In this document: positions 37,608 to 46,173 of the stretch, piece by piece | Layout: each line of letters opens with the position of its first letter | How positions within the stretch are numbered: position 1 is the first letter of the stretch | Assembly: GCA_050250255.1 (NCBI GenBank) | Contig: JBFWOZ010000012.1 | Coordinates: 2,293 to 66,292, forward strand | Length of the DNA: 64,000 bases | DNA from: Bdellovibrionales bacterium | GTDB lineage: Bacteria; Bdellovibrionota; Bdellovibrionia; Bdellovibrionales; DASUEL01 | Direction: 5' to 3' | The notes under the pieces: model-generated | What the model was told of the DNA's origin: nothing | The model's input: the letters and a program-made list of their open reading frames with translations, nothing else | The model's database searches: none | Program-made: the position numbers and the translations under genes

Positions 37608-38288
37608 ATGAGCAAATTCGTACTAATTGTTGGTTTATTTTTAAGTCTCAATGCTTCTGCTTCTGATATTAAAAAATTCAGTCAAGCAGAACGTGCACAC
37701 TTCACAATCTCATCTGTTTCCATCGAGGAAGAAAAACTTTCTTCTGACTCTTTGTTTTACAACACTTGTCAGCGCATAACAAAACGTGGATTAGGAGAAC
37801 AATTCGATTGGGAAACCATCGTGAACATCGGCCAACAAGTTTGGGACATCATCGTAAAGAACGCGCCAAACGTAAACGTGGAACTTCAGTCGGCAAGTGC
37901 TTTGCCTGCAGATACAAAAAGATGGTTTGATTTAGATTGCTGGCAATGGCCACAAGCAAAAGCTTACCGCGTGAATTACAAAAACGCTTTCGGCATCAAT
38001 GTCGTCGATTTTACTTACAAAGTGATTTACACGTACGGTGGCCAACTTGATGGACGTGGACAATATTTGAGTCAGGTGATGATCGTTCCGACAAATCTTA
38101 AAGTGGCTTGGGGTTTCACTTTTGATGCGAAAGCTCGTGTCGACAATGTGGTGAATGCCGGCTCCCGAAGTGCGCCTGTTGGAGCCATTCAAATCTCTAT
38201 GGATTGGACAATCAAAACTCCGATTAAGTATGTTCAAGAGCGCGAAACCTACTACGTTCGCGGCGACGGACAGTTTCAGCGACTATAA
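37608..38288 (+). CDS. Secreted hypothetical protein (amphipathic helix + beta-rich domain)
   Basis: GGAGG RBS before ATG 37608; signal peptide MSKFVLIVGLFLSLNASA. Confidence 0.7.
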   Translation: MSKFVLIVGLFLSLNASASDIKKFSQAERAHFTISSVSIEEEKLSSDSLFYNTCQRITKRGLGEQFDWETIVNIGQQVWDIIVKNAPNVNVELQSASALPADTKRWFDLDCWQWPQAKAYRVNYKNAFGINVVDFTYKVIYTYGGQLDGRGQYLSQVMIVPTNLKVAWGFTFDAKARVDNVVNAGSRSAPVGAIQISMDWTIKTPIKYVQERETYYVRGDGQFQRL

Positions 38289-38355
38289 GCGAAACGCCAT
38301 TTTCGACGTTACTTTTACAGTTGATTTATAAAAGATTGCCCACAAAGATTAAGGT

Positions 38356-39228
38356 ATGACTTTGTGGGCATTTTTATTTTCAGTTCTCTTTTCTCCATTC
38401 ACTTACGCAGCAACGCCGATGAGTGTTCAGGCCACTCCTACGGGCTACTTTGAAGGTCCCGTTGCGACGGCTCTTGGGGGCACGGGTCGCGCCGCCGTTT
38501 CGGTGACAGAGGGTGCTCGTCTTAACCCGGCAACCCTTGCGCATATTGATGGCTACAACATTGGATTTATCTACGCAGCGGAATCTCTTGGTGAGCGTGC
38601 GGGCGCAAACAAATATCATCTTGTGGTTTCTGATTCGGGCGAAGAAGCGATGTTTCCTGGAGCTCTTAGCTATTCCAAAATTTCTATGTTTCAGCAAGGG
38701 CGCGACGTCGATTTGCAGGAATTGAGCGCTTCGCTTGGATGGTCTTTTTCTGAATACTTATCTTGGGGATTGACCGGGAAATATCTCATTCAAGAAGTAA
38801 AAGGTGGCGCAAAGGCTAACGACTTTAACGGAAGTACGGGCTTTCTTTTTACTCCGCGAGGAGATCTCGGTTTTGCTATTACCTTTGATGACTTCCTGGA
38901 AACTCGGGAAATTCCCGCCAATCCTACGACGGGCCTTGGAGCAAATTATATCTTTGGAAGAACCCTCATGATTCGAGGCGATGTGGCGCACCCTCAAAAA
39001 TCCAATCCCGAGCGACGCTTGATTTCTATGCTCGGAATCGAAACTATGGCTTTGGGGAATGACTTTAAGCTCCGTTTTGGCCATCGTTGGGACGATTTTA
39101 TGAGCCGGAGAATGGCCGCAATTGGATTTGGCTGGCAGGGCCCTAAACTAGGCGTAAATTATGCCTACGAAAAGAACCTTCAGACCGAGGATTTCCGGCA
39201 CCTAATTGACATGCTGCTACGCTTCTGA
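38356..39228 (+). CDS. Outer-membrane beta-barrel protein (PorV/FadL-like N-terminus)
   Basis: Signal peptide, GPVATALGG...NPATL plug-like motif, alternating beta strands, terminal Phe. Confidence 0.6.
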   Translation: MTLWAFLFSVLFSPFTYAATPMSVQATPTGYFEGPVATALGGTGRAAVSVTEGARLNPATLAHIDGYNIGFIYAAESLGERAGANKYHLVVSDSGEEAMFPGALSYSKISMFQQGRDVDLQELSASLGWSFSEYLSWGLTGKYLIQEVKGGAKANDFNGSTGFLFTPRGDLGFAITFDDFLETREIPANPTTGLGANYIFGRTLMIRGDVAHPQKSNPERRLISMLGIETMALGNDFKLRFGHRWDDFMSRRMAAIGFGWQGPKLGVNYAYEKNLQTEDFRHLIDMLLRF

Positions 39229-39264
39229 TAACTCCATGATCTGTCTAAATTTGTGAGGTAAATC

Positions 39265-39390
39265 ATGGCATCTAAAACTCGTGCAACTGAACTTCGTCGT
39301 GCTAACAAAGTTAAAAGAGGCGCTCGTAAGCGAAAGGCCAAAGAAAGCCGTCGTTCGACTCCTTCTGCTAAAGAACTTTTCGGCGATTAG
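39265..39390 (+). CDS. Small highly basic protein (41 aa), absent from the ORF track
   Basis: GAGGT RBS 5 nt before ATG; MASKTRATELRRANKVKRGARKRKAKESRRSTPSAKELFGD*; codons CGT/GCT/AAA typical of highly expressed genes; hairpin downstream. Confidence 0.75.
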   Translation: MASKTRATELRRANKVKRGARKRKAKESRRSTPSAKELFGD

Positions 39391-39415
39391 TTTTTAACTT
39401 TCAAAACATGCTTGA

Positions 39416-39449
39416 GCAGATCTCGTTGTTTTAACAAACGAGGATCTGC
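39416..39449. terminator. Long imperfect hairpin between convergent genes
   Basis: GCAGATCTCGTTGTT-TT-AACAAACGAGGATCTGC. Confidence 0.5.
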
Positions 39450-39466
39450 ATCACACAAAGGCCTTT

Positions 39467-40681
39467 CTAAAAGGCCTTTTGTTTTTCTGGAACTTCGTAA
39501 AGGACGCGGATCGCCTCTTTGTCATAGTCTGTGAGGAGTTCTGAGGTTCGATCCAGATAAGGCCATTCATAATTCATAATACTCTCTTTGTCTGGCTGAT
39601 GAGCAAGCCCCCAGAAATGACCCATTTCATGAGCGGTAATAATTGCGACTTGCTTTTGATACAAATCGAAATTGGAAGCATTTATTTTGGCGGCGACGTT
39701 ATCGACATTTAGAAGAATATTCACATCACCGTCGATCAGTCCTTGGGAAGGTGTGCCGGCTAAAGGTGTTGCGTATGCCCCCACATCTTTCATTTTATAG
39801 TTTGCTGTCGTTTTGAGAGTGCGAGCATTCAAGTCCGAAAATGGGGGGCAAGAAGAGGTGTGTTCGTATTGAAGATCGATTTTTCCTCTTAATTCTTCTT
39901 TCCATACATTAAGGCCTTTTTCAATTCCTTGACGAGTATCGTGGTGAGTGATGTTGCAAACTAACAAGCGAATGGGCTGTTGAAGGGGCCAACGAATACT
40001 CAGTTTTTCACCGTAAAGTAATTCGAAGGGCATGAGCTCCTCTCTGAACTCATGTTTTTCAGAGTGGCTTTTTTGAAAATAGAAAGCTGAGAGGAGTTGA
40101 TCTTCGCCGGCCTCCTCGTACACGAGAAGTGAAAAGTTTTTTCCTGACGAATGAAGTGAGTAGTGAAGAGTTTCGACGGAGAAAGCTTTTTTTGGATCAT
40201 CGTCGAAGCTTTCGCTGTTGTACGATACGAGAGAAAGATTCCCTTCTGTATCTTTTGAAAAATAAAATCGGTAGCGATTCACATTTTCACTGGATGCGTT
40301 CGCCGGAACAAATCCATACATGTCTTTTCCATAGGGCTTCCACTTGTAGAGATCGTAATTTACAAGCTCCACTTTTCTGGAGGAACGGCGTTCGTTCACA
40401 AGTTCTTTGGCACTTTTCTGCGGCCCCACGATAGAGGTTTCACTGATGAATGTTGTTCTTGATTTAAAGTGAAAGTCGGAAAACTGAGAGATGTTCTTCT
40501 CGTTAAAGAGCGTTTTTTTATTAAACACGTCGTGAGCGACGATGTCTTTAGGATTGCCACTGACAAAAATTACGGTTTCAGGGGTTCCTGGTCCAGAGCT
40601 TGATTCTTTTTTTGTACAACCGATAGAAAGTGCTGAAAAAGAAATAAACAAAAGGACCGAAAGTGTCAGTTGCCGCTTCAT
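39467..40681 (-). CDS. Lipoprotein metzincin (M10/matrixin-like) metallopeptidase
   Basis: Lipobox LSIG-C; HEMGHFWGLAH zinc motif and Met-turn SIMNY. Confidence 0.85.
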   Translation of the reverse strand: MKRQLTLSVLLFISFSALSIGCTKKESSSGPGTPETVIFVSGNPKDIVAHDVFNKKTLFNEKNISQFSDFHFKSRTTFISETSIVGPQKSAKELVNERRSSRKVELVNYDLYKWKPYGKDMYGFVPANASSENVNRYRFYFSKDTEGNLSLVSYNSESFDDDPKKAFSVETLHYSLHSSGKNFSLLVYEEAGEDQLLSAFYFQKSHSEKHEFREELMPFELLYGEKLSIRWPLQQPIRLLVCNITHHDTRQGIEKGLNVWKEELRGKIDLQYEHTSSCPPFSDLNARTLKTTANYKMKDVGAYATPLAGTPSQGLIDGDVNILLNVDNVAAKINASNFDLYQKQVAIITAHEMGHFWGLAHQPDKESIMNYEWPYLDRTSELLTDYDKEAIRVLYEVPEKQKAF

Positions 40682-40717
40682 AAAACGTACCTCACGAGTA
40701 TTGTCACTCCGAGATAC

Positions 40718-40740
40718 AAAAGGTGCGCCGCTCCTTTTGG
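40718..40740 (-). terminator. Candidate terminator hairpin downstream of tonB
   Basis: CAAAAGG..GC..GC..CCTTTTG inverted repeat. Confidence 0.4.
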
Positions 40741-40789
40741 TAGCAACATTGCGTTAAGTGCTGGATTCTTTTGAGGTGGGTGTCCGGAT

Positions 40790-41632
40790 TTACTTCTTTT
40801 GGTAGGGGACTTCGACGGCTTGGCCTTTGAGAGAAAAGGTGACTTGTTTTTGGAAAATGCCGGTGCGACCGGGTTCGTATCTCCAATGTTTGTGAGAATT
40901 CAGAGCTTCGTTATCAAGAGCTTTGTGGCCACTTGATTGGTGAAGCCACACTTTGTCGACTTCTCCGTCATCGTTCACGGTGAAGCGGAGAACAACGGTG
41001 CCTTGCTCACGCTTCAAACGAGAAAACATGGGGTAATTGGGTTTTGGGTTTCCTTTGCGTGCGACAAGCTCTTTGTCGGAATGAACTTCGCCTGAGGGTG
41101 TTCCGGGAGGGGTTCCGCCTCCATCGCCGTCTTCTTCTGCGTCAGCGCCTTCTTGGGGGAGTGCTTGTGCTATGACCTCGGGTTCTTTTTCCGCCTCGCC
41201 AGAGGTTTCGGCTTCGTCAGAACTTTTTCCATGTGCTTGGCCGTCATCAATGTCGGTCTCTTCAACAGGGAGCCAACCTTTTTTGTCGACTTCAACACTT
41301 GGTGCTTCATCAGACGTCTCGGTTTTGACGACGGGTTTTGATACGGGCACAGGTACAGGCTTCGCCACTTCTTTTTTAATTTCCTGTGGCGCTTCTTTTT
41401 TCTGAGGAGGCGGCTCGACTTTAGGTTGCGGCACAGGAGTTTCAACGACGTCAACGGGTGTGCCTAGCGAGCCGGGACCTGAATAATCCACTTCTGTATC
41501 GAAGACATCACCTTCGGGAACGGCGAGTTTTACGGTGGCGGTTGCGAGTGCGAAAATCAGCACGCCGTGCACGAATACGGAAAACAAATAACCTTTTGTA
41601 GAATTCACTCTGTATAAATCTGAAATCTTCAT
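40790..41632 (-). CDS. tonB: Energy transducer TonB
   Basis: TM with SVFVH (SxxxH), Pro/Lys/Glu-rich spacer, C-terminal PNYP..SR..REQGTVVLRFTV..DG...SSG...LD..A. Confidence 0.9.
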   Translation of the reverse strand: MKISDLYRVNSTKGYLFSVFVHGVLIFALATATVKLAVPEGDVFDTEVDYSGPGSLGTPVDVVETPVPQPKVEPPPQKKEAPQEIKKEVAKPVPVPVSKPVVKTETSDEAPSVEVDKKGWLPVEETDIDDGQAHGKSSDEAETSGEAEKEPEVIAQALPQEGADAEEDGDGGGTPPGTPSGEVHSDKELVARKGNPKPNYPMFSRLKREQGTVVLRFTVNDDGEVDKVWLHQSSGHKALDNEALNSHKHWRYEPGRTGIFQKQVTFSLKGQAVEVPYQKK

Positions 41633-42387
41633 GTGTCGTCTCGCGATGGTTCCTTTAAATGAGCGATGGCCAAAATCTTTGTGCCATCTAAAGGATTATC
41701 GGCGAGCTGGGAGCGAAAATGAAAAGCACTCTGCAATTTTTCAGAAGCGAGTATGTCTTTGGTCTCCCCCGCCATCAGTCGAGAAAGCTGATGAATCACC
41801 CAGGTTTGACTCGTTTTGAATCGAAGGGCCCAGTTAAAGTCGTGATTGCAGATAATAAACTTTCGGCCGAGTTCGATTTGTTCGTCGATGAGGCCTTTTA
41901 ATTGAAACTCAAAGTTCCAGTCGAGCGAGCTTAAGGGTTCATCCATTAAAACCACAGCAGATGGGTGAGCGAGCGTTGCGACGATCATTAGACGTTTCTG
42001 CTCACCACTTGAAAGCTGGTTTAGGGGTTTTGCGAGAAGATTTTGGAGTGCCATTTTTTCAAGCCAAGATTTTTTATACCAGACACTTTTTTGAAAATCA
42101 GAAATGTCGAGCACATCCTCACCCGTGAGGTACTCATCGAAATCAATCGACGTAGGTAAATAAGCGGGGCGGTGATTGGCTTCGGTATGTCGCGAGAGCA
42201 CGTGACCATCAAACAAAATATTTCCACTTTGTGGTGGAAGTAGTCCTGCGAGAGTTTTTAGCAGCGTCGTTTTACCAGAGCCGTTCATACCAAAGAAAAA
42301 GCAAAGTGGTGCGGGGTTGAGTACGCCCGCGAAAGGAGTGCTCTTTTGCGTGGGATAACCAATGGTCATATTTTGAAACTCAAACAT
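41629..42387 (-). CDS. btuD: Cobalamin/iron ABC transporter ATPase (BtuD-like)
   Basis: GMNGSGKTT, LSSGEQKR, MDEP; in the B12-riboswitch operon. Confidence 0.78.
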   Translation of the reverse strand: MFEFQNMTIGYPTQKSTPFAGVLNPAPLCFFFGMNGSGKTTLLKTLAGLLPPQSGNILFDGHVLSRHTEANHRPAYLPTSIDFDEYLTGEDVLDISDFQKSVWYKKSWLEKMALQNLLAKPLNQLSSGEQKRLMIVATLAHPSAVVLMDEPLSSLDWNFEFQLKGLIDEQIELGRKFIICNHDFNWALRFKTSQTWVIHQLSRLMAGETKDILASEKLQSAFHFRSQLADNPLDGTKILAIAHLKEPSRDDT

Positions 42388-43360
42388 GCGTGCCTCTTCG
42401 GTGAAGGAGATAAATCAAAAAAGGAGCGCCGAAGAGGGCAATGAGTCCGCCGGCTGGAAGTTCGCGATCAACAATAAGTACACGTCCGAGCATATCGGCA
42501 AAAAGGAGTAGAGTTGCTCCAAAGATGGAAGAGAGCGGCAGGAAAAGGCGATGACGATGATTGTGTGATGTTAAGAGAGCGATGTGGGGGGCGAGGAGAC
42601 CGACAAATCCAATGAGTCCTGCAATAGCGACGGAGGTTGCGCATAAGAGAGCGACGACAACAATCATTTGAATTTGAAATTTCTTAAGTGGAAGCCCACG
42701 CGTCTGTGCGACGTCTTCACCTAAAAGCAAAAGATCAAGATGTTTCGACTGGGTGTAGGCGAACAAAAACAGGAGAATGAAAGTTCCCCACGAGAGAGCC
42801 CACCAGGAATCTCGTTCTGTACCGACTTGCCCCATCATCCAAAAAAGTGCGGATTGAATTTGAAAAGGTTCGAGCCACGTGAGGAGAAGAATCACAAAAG
42901 AACCGCAGAAAAGAGAAATCATCACACCCGAGAGAATGAGAGTTTTTGAACGCGCACGACTTTGGCGATTAGCACTGAGTACAAAAAGTGTTGCGACCAA
43001 ACAACCAAGGGTGGCGAAAAACGGAGTTGCCAGCCATTGCGGTTGGATTTTTAAAAGGATCGAAAGTATGGCGCCTAAAGAGGCCGCGCCTGATAGCCCG
43101 AGCGTATAGGGTTCGGCGAGAGGATTACGTAATAAGGTTTGTAAAAGGGCGCCTGCGAGACCGAGACTGGCGCCGACGCTAAGGCAAACAAGCGTGCGTG
43201 GAAGTCTTAGGCTTTCCAAAATAAAAGATTGGGAAGAGTCGATATTTTGCAGTGAGAGCCATTGCAACACGAGAGAAGATTCCACGTGGCCGCTTCCTAA
43301 AAAAAGCGACGTAAAAGTTAAAAATAAAAGAATGAGAAAGGCTATTCCAGAAATCTTCAT
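42380..43360 (-). CDS. btuC: FecCD/BtuC family permease
   Basis: LRLPR, LRNPLAEPYTLG, IGFVGL..PH, ELPAG...GAPF. Confidence 0.82.
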   Translation of the reverse strand: MKISGIAFLILLFLTFTSLFLGSGHVESSLVLQWLSLQNIDSSQSFILESLRLPRTLVCLSVGASLGLAGALLQTLLRNPLAEPYTLGLSGAASLGAILSILLKIQPQWLATPFFATLGCLVATLFVLSANRQSRARSKTLILSGVMISLFCGSFVILLLTWLEPFQIQSALFWMMGQVGTERDSWWALSWGTFILLFLFAYTQSKHLDLLLLGEDVAQTRGLPLKKFQIQMIVVVALLCATSVAIAGLIGFVGLLAPHIALLTSHNHRHRLFLPLSSIFGATLLLFADMLGRVLIVDRELPAGGLIALFGAPFLIYLLHRRGTHV

Positions 43361-43367
43361 TTCGTCA

Positions 43368-44165
43368 TCACCGTTTGAGCGTTTGACATAACTTCATCGT
43401 CTCGAGAGGAAGACGTGGAGTCAAACGAGAGAGTATGTTGGGGTTCGAAAAGTAAAATTGAGTGCGATATTGTTCCTCGGCCTTTTTCCAAAGGCGAGAT
43501 TGCCTAGCGATGCTTGCATCCATTTCGGAAGCGAGAAGTAAAAGCACGTGCCCAGGCTTTTTTTGTAAAACCACCTCTTGAGAAATTTGGGGATATCCCT
43601 TTTTTTCCTCAAAGAGATTGGAATAACCACAAGAGGATATGAGTTCGGAGAGAAATGTATCTCCTCCGGCAATCGTTAGGGGTTGTTGTTCCACTTGGAT
43701 AACGAGAGATTTGTTTTGTGAGGGATTCTCTTTTTTAATCTTTGCCCAATTTTTGTCCCATTCGGTGAGAACTTCTTGGGCTTTTTTATCTTTATCCAGA
43801 ATTTTACCAAGTAACTTTATTTGCACCGAAAAATCAGAGAGCGTGTTCGCGCGAATAGTTTGAAAGCGGATGCTGGCGCGTTTTAAAGTTTCTGCAAGCC
43901 CTGTGGTGTCGCGCTCCATGTTCAATACGAGATCGGGTTTGAGAGAAATGATTTTTTCAACAAGAGGACGACTATCTCCGACGCGAGGAATTTGTTTTGC
44001 CTCTTCGGGATAATCAGAAAACTCCGAAGTGCCGACGATCCAATCCCCAACTCCTAGAGCAAAAATATTCTCTGTGATTGCTGGGTGAAGCGAAACGATA
44101 CGAAGCTTGGCAAGTGCCTGAGGCGTAACGAACAAAATCAAAAGAATTGCGATGAATTTCATCAT
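43368..44165 (-). CDS. btuF: Helical-backbone substrate-binding protein (BtuF-like)
   Basis: RIVSL.P.ITE..FALG, DYPEEAKQIPRVG, EKIISLKPDLV. Confidence 0.82.
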   Translation of the reverse strand: MMKFIAILLILFVTPQALAKLRIVSLHPAITENIFALGVGDWIVGTSEFSDYPEEAKQIPRVGDSRPLVEKIISLKPDLVLNMERDTTGLAETLKRASIRFQTIRANTLSDFSVQIKLLGKILDKDKKAQEVLTEWDKNWAKIKKENPSQNKSLVIQVEQQPLTIAGGDTFLSELISSCGYSNLFEEKKGYPQISQEVVLQKKPGHVLLLLASEMDASIARQSRLWKKAEEQYRTQFYFSNPNILSRLTPRLPLETMKLCQTLKR

Positions 44166-46003
44166 AAGAGATGCTCAACGCTGACGAAGAAACGTCTTTG
44201 CGGCTCGGGGTAACCACGTGTTAGTTCCACTGGAGTGTCGAGAATATTCAGCACTCCACCCTTCACTGTCCAGTCATTAAGGTCTTTGGTGCGAATGGTG
44301 AGATCAAAGGTATTCCAAGAGCCCATTTCCACAAGGCCTGTTCCGTAACGATCGTAAAACTTGCTCCAGTAGGTATCCGTCACTTCAAAAAGTAAGGTGG
44401 CCCAACGATATCCGGCGGTGAGAGACGCTTGGTGGTTGGGAGTCAAGGGGAGTGACTGCTTGTCGTTGTCTTCGGCCTCCATATAAGAGTAACCGAGATC
44501 GAAGCTCCAAAGATCTTTATCAAGGCCCGCTTGTAGTTCCATTCCATAACCGTTAGCAGAGCCAAGATTCACGGGTTGAGTTTGCCCGCCTGCCAGAGTA
44601 CGTGTGGAAATAAAATTTTTGTAGTTGATACGGAACACACTCGCACCCCAGCGATATTGATCCCAATAAGTTTGGGGAGTGGCGATGAGCCTCTGTTGAA
44701 ACCCAATTTCGACTTGCTGGGAGGTTTCGGGCTTGAGTTCGGGGTTAGCGATGCTCGTTCCAAAATTGCTCAATCGCTGCGACAAAGAAGGGTTATGAAA
44801 GCCTTCTGAGTAAGTCATCCATCTCTTTAAACTCTCTGTCTCTTCAAAAAGGCCTGCAGCAGAAACTGCCACTTTATGGGCCCAGAGATAACGAGTTCCA
44901 GATTTTAAAATAAAATGATCCCAGATAGGAATATCGAAGATCACGCCGGTTTCCGTTTCGTCTGTTGTGTAGACACGATCACCAGAGTAAGTGGATTTGT
45001 GTTCGTCATGATTGTGATCTACGAAAAGTTCAGAGTTAAAGGGTGTGCTTGTTTGCCAATCCTGCTTCCAGCTTAAGGAATTTCCCACTCGAGAAGTTTT
45101 CGCGAAAGATTCGGAGGTGCTGTCACGATATTCGTTATCGCCGACGATACCAAAGATACGGTGATGAAATTCGGTAGAATCTGAAAGCTTAAATCCATTT
45201 TGTAACGAAGCAAGTCCTGCAGTATTGCGAGCCTGAGTGGTTCCTGGTGTGATGACTGAACCAGGTGTGGCGTTCATCTCTTGAGCCCATACTAAATTTT
45301 GTCCAAAACTCCAGCGATCGAAATGATTTTGTCCCATGTAGGTGTAGCGCTGGAGGTGTCGATTGTTGTCGGCACGAGTGCCAGATGCTCCTGAGGACTT
45401 TAAAGTGTAAGGGTAATTTCCATCGACGCTTTCGTTAAAAAAGCTTAGTTGGTTTTGATGCCTAGTCGTCGAAAGAAGCGGTGTTGCGATTAAAAGACCA
45501 CGTTGCCCAAAGCTTCCAACATGTCCTCGTGCGGTTGGACGATCGAGTTTGCGAGAGAGAAAGTTGACCGCACCTCCCATAGCATCACCACCAAAAAAAA
45601 GAGATGCAGGTCCTTTAAAGAGACGAACCTCATCGATGGTTTCGTGGGGGATGAGAAGCCGATTGGCGCCACTGCCATCTGCCATGTTGAGCGGAATGGA
45701 ATTGTAAAGACCAAGAACGCGCGGGAGTGATTGCGAGCCGCGAATGGAAACTGTCGGTGAACCTTCAAAGCGAGCTTGCACTCCAGGAATTTTTGAAAAT
45801 GTCTCATAGGGACTAGAAATATCAAGGTGAGTTTTTTCTGGTGTTACCTTTTGGGAATTCCAGACTCCGCTGCGTTCGCTAAAGATGTCGATCGGTGAGG
45901 CCTCTACGACAGTCGGAAGATCTTCAGTTGGCTGCGCAAAACACCACTGTACAAAGAGAAGGATGATAAGAACGATAATGATTTTTATTGGTCTCTGGTC
46001 CAC
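44162..46003 (-). CDS. btuB: TonB-dependent receptor (cobalamin, BtuB-like)
   Basis: Plug motifs IPGV, SIRG, FKGPAS.FFG..AMGGAVN; NPELKPE; NILD...GYPEP.R; directly downstream of the cobalamin riboswitch. Confidence 0.8.
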   Translation of the reverse strand: MDQRPIKIIIVLIILLFVQWCFAQPTEDLPTVVEASPIDIFSERSGVWNSQKVTPEKTHLDISSPYETFSKIPGVQARFEGSPTVSIRGSQSLPRVLGLYNSIPLNMADGSGANRLLIPHETIDEVRLFKGPASLFFGGDAMGGAVNFLSRKLDRPTARGHVGSFGQRGLLIATPLLSTTRHQNQLSFFNESVDGNYPYTLKSSGASGTRADNNRHLQRYTYMGQNHFDRWSFGQNLVWAQEMNATPGSVITPGTTQARNTAGLASLQNGFKLSDSTEFHHRIFGIVGDNEYRDSTSESFAKTSRVGNSLSWKQDWQTSTPFNSELFVDHNHDEHKSTYSGDRVYTTDETETGVIFDIPIWDHFILKSGTRYLWAHKVAVSAAGLFEETESLKRWMTYSEGFHNPSLSQRLSNFGTSIANPELKPETSQQVEIGFQQRLIATPQTYWDQYRWGASVFRINYKNFISTRTLAGGQTQPVNLGSANGYGMELQAGLDKDLWSFDLGYSYMEAEDNDKQSLPLTPNHQASLTAGYRWATLLFEVTDTYWSKFYDRYGTGLVEMGSWNTFDLTIRTKDLNDWTVKGGVLNILDTPVELTRGYPEPQRRFFVSVEHLL

Positions 46004-46021
46004 GAAGAAACTCCAATATTC

Positions 46022-46167
46022 TAGGGAGTGTCTGACTTATCTCTTGAGAGTCTGTTTACAACAGACCGAGAGAATTACAGTGGCGGGCACCGTGTGGGAT
46101 TTCAACCCACTTCCTCCATTGATTTGAGCTGTTCATACACAATGAGGAAGCGGGAAGACAACCTATA
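46022..46167 (-). ncRNA. Cobalamin riboswitch
   Basis: Minus strand: AGGAAGTGGGTTGAAATCCCACACGGTGCCCGCCACTGTAA ... AAGTCAGACACTCCC, the conserved core and B12 box, upstream of a TBDR/ABC operon. Confidence 0.9.
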
Positions 46168-46173
46168 TTTTTA

